Source: a virus
Reading direction: 5' to 3' (one strand)
Length of the DNA: 64,000 nucleotides
Virus record (IMG/VR): IMGVR_UViG_3300029787_000018
Location: 1-64,000 of that record
Numbering within the stretch: position 1 is the first letter of the stretch; each line of letters begins with the position of its first letter. This document shows, in pieces, positions 59,629-64,000 of the stretch. The notes below the pieces were generated by a model that was not told the DNA's origin, did not search any database, and saw nothing but the letters and a program-made list of their open reading frames with translations. Made by a program: the position numbers and the translations under genes.

Positions 59629-60065
59629 TAAGCTGCTCTTTTAATTGGGTATTGTCTTACCCATGCCGAATTATAAACAAAGGCATCGTTCTGAGCGTTT
59701 TTATAATCCCCGTGTATAAACCCGTTATAAATCGCTAAACGTGTGTACCTAGTAACAGCAATTAAAGCTTCAAGTAATATTCCTTGATTCTCTTTAAAGT
59801 TATCACAAGTAATATCACAAGCACCCAAAAAATTATAGGTATGTTCTGAATAACCGCTACGACCTTTTGATTTTTCCCAAGCAGTATTTCTGTAAGAGCT
59901 TTTAAGGGATACGTAGAGTTTGATGTCACAATTATATTTTTCATTGATGTAGTTTTCTGCATCTACTAACGGAGCCATATGAGCAACATAAGCAACGGTC
60001 TCCACTTTAGAAGGAAGACCGTCACCTCTAATATCATAATTTTTTATATCACGAATAGGATACAT
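59628..60065 (-). CDS. Endolysin, peptidase M15A-like
   Basis: SSYR, SEH, ACDI and FIHGD Zn-peptidase motifs. Confidence 0.75.
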   Translation of the reverse strand: MYPIRDIKNYDIRGDGLPSKVETVAYVAHMAPLVDAENYINEKYNCDIKLYVSLKSSYRNTAWEKSKGRSGYSEHTYNFLGACDITCDNFKENQGILLEALIAVTRYTRLAIYNGFIHGDYKNAQNDAFVYNSAWVRQYPIKRAA

Positions 60066-60430
60066 TACAATGTAGTGTTAGTTTTAGTTATTTCTCTATA
60101 CAACTGATTCAGAAATACCGAACCTAGACCGCCTAAGAATAATACAATAAAATTACTATCACTTGCAATAGTACCTAAGTAAGCTAATCCTGTAGTGATC
60201 AAAGGAACTGCTATCAATGTTACCGTTCCAGTTACGAAAGGTAATATCTTTTTTACAAGCCACGTAACCCCTAAGGTAATAAGCGGCATAAGCCATGTTA
60301 ATACCGATGCGGCACTACTGAATTCAATGGTTTCTTCTTGCGCCATACCTAATAAAGGCACAAATAATAATAATGCTAATCCAATGTTGGCGAATCCTGC
60401 TTTTTTCCAAAGTAATTTTAATTTGTCCAT
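60065..60430 (-). CDS. Holin-like membrane protein
   Basis: About four TM segments, adjacent to the endolysin. Confidence 0.55.
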   Translation of the reverse strand: MDKLKLLWKKAGFANIGLALLLFVPLLGMAQEETIEFSSAASVLTWLMPLITLGVTWLVKKILPFVTGTVTLIAVPLITTGLAYLGTIASDSNFIVLFLGGLGSVFLNQLYREITKTNTTL

Positions 60431-60469
60431 TTCTAAATGTTTAGTTATTAATGAATAAAGTTAATGATA

Positions 60470-61177
60470 TTAATTAATTGAGCGCAAAGAGTCTTTCTCT
60501 ATATCCAATATTTTCTCGGTGTCTTCATATACTTCTATACTCTGTATCACTCCATCTTGATCCATTACCATTTTAAAATTAATTATAGGTATCGATATCC
60601 CGTACACTAAAGAATCCAATCCATCAAGACCAGGGAACTTATGGCTATATACCGGAATGGTCACCGAATCGTTTATTTTAGAAAATTCCAATGTGTCCAC
60701 GGGTGCCCACCTCGCCAGAACCAAACTATCCGTCGTTGTCCAACCTTTACCTATAGCTCCTGGTGCAATTTCCTCATTGCTTTTACCTAATAAAGAAAAC
60801 CTATCACAATTGTAATAGATTTCATATCCTTTGTTCATTCCGTTTATCCGGAATACCCACCTGTCTTTCATTTTCATCTTACGATACCAAGGAACATCTA
60901 AGTTGTTCATGGTCGTAGTAGTACTGTTCATAGCTTCTTTTAAAACGACTATTTCAGTTTCCTGTTCGGTAACCTTATTTTTTAACTCTTCGTTTTCATA
61001 ACGGACTATATGTAAATTGAACAGTGCAATTACACCAGTTCCCCATGCGGTCATTTTTTGATGTTTCTTTATCCATACAAAAAATCGCTTAAGATGTAAA
61101 AAGACAACTGCTCTGTTGACTTTTGAAATTACATACCTTTTAAACTTCAAAAATCTTAGAAGCAAAACAGTTATCAT
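60470..61177 (-). CDS. TM + coiled coil + PAS-like domain protein in the lysis cassette
   Basis: LDVPWYRK...MNKGYE.Y......LLGKSNEEIAP..IG..W...DSLVL...HKFP pattern resembles a PAS_4 fold. Confidence 0.5.
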   Translation of the reverse strand: MITVLLLRFLKFKRYVISKVNRAVVFLHLKRFFVWIKKHQKMTAWGTGVIALFNLHIVRYENEELKNKVTEQETEIVVLKEAMNSTTTTMNNLDVPWYRKMKMKDRWVFRINGMNKGYEIYYNCDRFSLLGKSNEEIAPGAIGKGWTTTDSLVLARWAPVDTLEFSKINDSVTIPVYSHKFPGLDGLDSLVYGISIPIINFKMVMDQDGVIQSIEVYEDTEKILDIEKDSLRSIN

Positions 61178-61270
61178 TCGTTCGGGGGAATTTGTTTTAA
61201 TCGCTTACTAAGATCGATATAAAATCGAGAAAGATCATTACTATAAAAATTATGGTAGCTAACATAGTTT

Positions 61271-61729
61271 TTAAATTAAAGGTTTGTTAGGGTCTACACC
61301 AGTTTTTTTTATAAAATCCTGTGTGATTTTTTTATCTCTAGCTTGTTTAAGCTGGTCGAGCATTTCACGTTTTTTAGGTCCGTATGCCATACTTGCCAAT
61401 GAATAGCCGATAGTAAAGAAAGAAGCTTCTTCTTTTACCGCTATACCAAAATCTAACAAAGTATCCGTAATACCCGTAGGAACTAAAATAGTTACTGCAG
61501 AAAGTATTACGGTAGCAGCAGTATGCCATATCCAAAATGGAGAATTATCCTTTATAAACGTCCAAGTGTTTAATTGTGATCTGATAACCCATACTTTTAT
61601 TACAATATACAGTAAAAGGGCAAGAAACGAAAATCCTACGTTAATACCGAAGTCGATATAGGTTTCTGGGTCTTGTAACAAGTACTTGTACTGTTCAACT
61701 GTTTCCGATAAGATTTCTGTTTCTTGCAT
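61271..61729 (-). CDS. Membrane protein (holin-like)
   Basis: 2-3 TM helices with a basic C-tail. Confidence 0.55.
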   Translation of the reverse strand: MQETEILSETVEQYKYLLQDPETYIDFGINVGFSFLALLLYIVIKVWVIRSQLNTWTFIKDNSPFWIWHTAATVILSAVTILVPTGITDTLLDFGIAVKEEASFFTIGYSLASMAYGPKKREMLDQLKQARDKKITQDFIKKTGVDPNKPLI

Positions 61730-61907
61730 TATCTTCTATTTAAAATTATCCTTATTCTTTTTGTAAATTAACAGATCATAAAGCGATGCCGAACAAACCT
61801 AAAGCCCATACCATTAATAAATCTCCCATAACTACCACTTTATATAAGGCTTGATCCGCATACATATCAGAAATAATACATAGTATGTGAATAGTGCCGT
61901 TGTCATT

Positions 61908-63161
61908 TTAATATGATAACAAAATATACTCTATCTCTCTCCTTATTTTATCGCCCTTCGGTACATTAGGGTTTGTTGGCTCAACGGGGTCTGGTGCTGT
62001 GCCATTACTCTCTGGGTATACATGGCTACCATAATTCTGTGCCCAAGCTAAAGAACCTAGCATAGTAGTTCTAATAGAAAACCAAGAATTGTTAACAGTA
62101 ACTACGCTTTCTAGTCTACTCATAAGTTCTGGATTGTGCGCTGCGGTCATATACCAACCGTAAGACTTATAACCCGCTACTTTAGGATCTACTCCACTTT
62201 CTTTTGAGCTGTACGATCCGTCAATCATAAATCTACCTTCAATAGGAATGTTGTTATTAAACCATTGTAAGTTGTTATAGGTATTACTAAAAGAAACTAA
62301 ATCGGATTTATCCCAAATACCATAACCGTTCTCATAACTTTCTACATAAAATTCTACTACATCACTAGAATGGTCAGTGTCTTGTACAGTATTTTGATCC
62401 CAGTCCCAATACCACGATTGGTTTTCAGAATCCACAAAAAAGAATTGATCAGAAAACCTTGCACCTGGGTATTTGGAATTACTAGGAAACCCGTCGGTTA
62501 CTATATTGTCATATACAGTTTTATATATAGTTTTATCAGTCATTATATGTAAATTCATTGCTATCAATGCCCAATGACTAGTCATGTGAGTAAAAACCCT
62601 GTAGATGTTATTTATGCTTTGACTGTAAAAATAATCCCATACATTATTTTCTGTCCAAGCTAAAATATAATTATATTCATCTTGGTATGTAGTTCCTGCC
62701 CAACCTGATTGTCCATGTGCTGTACTTCTTAAAACAGGACTTTCATACATAACCCTTAAAACATTGGTGATTTCTCTCCAACTATAAGAAACCCATAAAG
62801 GAACTCCATCAGGATAATCATTAGGACTTCTATAACCCGGCCAATTGTAATGTTCACCTGTACTCATTAAAACGGATTTATTCATCATTATATGAGCCAT
62901 TTCCAAGATGTTATTAAGCCATCTTTCTTCACCAGTAACAACCCACATTTTATAAAGACCTTTAACATACCAGCCCCAATAATAAATATCTTGTGAAAAT
63001 CTATTATTTACTGGTCCTTGACTAGCGTCTCCATAAGCTGTTACAGAGTCATATGAAACCCAACGTTCTTCAAATAGTTCAGTATAATCAGGTGTTTGTG
63101 CGTTAACTAAACCTGCAAAACAAAAAGCAAATACTAATAATAGTTTTTTCATCTTAATCAT
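61908..63161 (-). CDS. Signal-peptide protein, putative (alpha/alpha)6 glycan-active enzyme
   Basis: MKKLLLVFAFCFAGLVNAQ signal; W/Y-rich; TGEERWL and DTDH motifs. Confidence 0.5.
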   Translation of the reverse strand: MIKMKKLLLVFAFCFAGLVNAQTPDYTELFEERWVSYDSVTAYGDASQGPVNNRFSQDIYYWGWYVKGLYKMWVVTGEERWLNNILEMAHIMMNKSVLMSTGEHYNWPGYRSPNDYPDGVPLWVSYSWREITNVLRVMYESPVLRSTAHGQSGWAGTTYQDEYNYILAWTENNVWDYFYSQSINNIYRVFTHMTSHWALIAMNLHIMTDKTIYKTVYDNIVTDGFPSNSKYPGARFSDQFFFVDSENQSWYWDWDQNTVQDTDHSSDVVEFYVESYENGYGIWDKSDLVSFSNTYNNLQWFNNNIPIEGRFMIDGSYSSKESGVDPKVAGYKSYGWYMTAAHNPELMSRLESVVTVNNSWFSIRTTMLGSLAWAQNYGSHVYPESNGTAPDPVEPTNPNVPKGDKIRREIEYILLSY

Positions 63162-64000
63162 CTTTAAGTTTCATCGAAGCTTTTACTCTAATTTTAGATG
63201 CAGTTGCTTCATTAGCTACAAAACCATAATTCAATTGCACTTCTGTAGCCTGTGCAGTAAATTCGCCTTCAAATAATTGCCAATCTGTGTTAGTTGCGCC
63301 ATACACTATGTTTTCGACGTCTACGCCATCATATCTAATTAATCTACCATTACCGGGATTCTCCGTAACTTTCATCCAAATTTTGTACTCATAAACTTCA
63401 CCTACAGTAACAGGACTAAGAAAGTGACGCGCTCTTTCGTTTGAGCCAGTGTTATTAGCTGTAACTTCTATTACATAATCATCACCCGTAGGCACAGTGT
63501 CATCAAACACTACGTCAAACGTAGCACCTGTAGATTCTGCAATTTTTTGAAGACCACTTGAAGGCGTTCTAACATTATTAGAACCAGAGCCAATTGTAGA
63601 GGCATAAGTTAAATCAAATAATTCAGGATTAGGATTTACGTAAGCTGAAGTAGTATCAGCAAGAACATAAGAAGGTACTTTAATTTCCCATAGTTTAATG
63701 TTAGCGCTATCCTTTCTATAACGAGCTAATATCATTTCTTTTTGTCCGGTTTTCAAAAAATCTGTTGACTTTAAAACACTATCTTTTACATCAAACCATT
63801 CATCAGCATTTCTAATAAGTCTTAATGAATCCGTGTAATTTTGAATAGGAATCCAAAAGTTTTTAAGTGTTACTCCGGATAGAGAAATAGTATCTTGTGC
63901 AAATATTTCATTAATTACACCTTTAGCTCTTTCAGTCCCATCTACTGTTACATTATTATTATTATAAGTTACTAATGAACCAGTAGTACCACTTTCTAAA
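63154..64000 (-). CDS. Tail fibre C-terminal part with CBM/galactose-binding-like domain (5' truncated by window edge)
   Basis: The frame stays open from 63756 to the window end (manual translation); VTVGEVYEYKIWMK...TDWQLFEGEFTA. Confidence 0.65.
   Translation of the reverse strand, partial: LESGTTGSLVTYNNNNVTVDGTERAKGVINEIFAQDTISLSGVTLKNFWIPIQNYTDSLRLIRNADEWFDVKDSVLKSTDFLKTGQKEMILARYRKDSANIKLWEIKVPSYVLADTTSAYVNPNPELFDLTYASTIGSGSNNVRTPSSGLQKIAESTGATFDVVFDDTVPTGDDYVIEVTANNTGSNERARHFLSPVTVGEVYEYKIWMKVTENPGNGRLIRYDGVDVENIVYGATNTDWQLFEGEFTAQATEVQLNYGFVANEATASKIRVKASMKLKDD

Noticed and set aside
35699-60458. Many short plus-strand ORFs inside the virion genes, and minus-strand ORFs inside the replication block
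   Set aside because: They are antisense shadows of long genes with no motifs or expression signals.
63154-63756. 200-aa complete gene starting at 63756
   Set aside because: The frame is open to the window edge, so this is the 3' part of a longer gene.
1-64000. Stop-codon reassignment (seen in some crAss-like phages)
   Set aside because: Long genes are intact in the standard code, and TAA, TAG and TGA all terminate tightly packed ORFs.
1-64000. tRNA/rRNA genes, integrase, reverse transcriptase/DGR, terminase, portal, capsid
   Set aside because: None was recognisable by eye. Head genes probably lie outside the window; tRNAscan would be needed to exclude tRNAs.

Overview
This window is part of an AT-rich, standard-code crAss-like (Crassvirales-related) phage genome. 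The host is most likely Bacteroidota/Flavobacteriia, inferred from TAnnTTTG promoter boxes, A/T-rich leaders without Shine-Dalgarno motifs, PcfK/PcfJ genes and a crAss-type virion RNA polymerase. Layout: (i) 1-6413, minus-strand genes including KTSC, GroEL, a divergent GroES, a WDGH-type protein and a RyR + Acb2/Tad1-like fusion. (ii) A divergence point at about 6500, then a RepL-like gene with three 28-bp repeats and a GC-rich hairpin island. (iii) 6592-34931, a complete plus-strand early/middle block with small early genes, DUF932, helicase-methyltransferase fusion, primase, PcfK/PcfJ, HU, SSB-like, Dda-like helicase, exonuclease and nuclease, but no recognisable DNA polymerase. (iv) 35014-64000, minus-strand virion genes: a 3756-aa virion RNAP polyprotein, ejection proteins, muzzle, tail proteins and a lysis cassette. 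The most striking observation is at 31.7-34.9 kb: five single-gene cassettes, each bracketed by its own GTT...AAC inverted repeat and separated by variable hairpin junctions. This is an integron/attC-like cassette array in a phage, with no recombinase in the window and junction loops that can donate start codons and N-termini. All family assignments come from motif recognition, not database searches.
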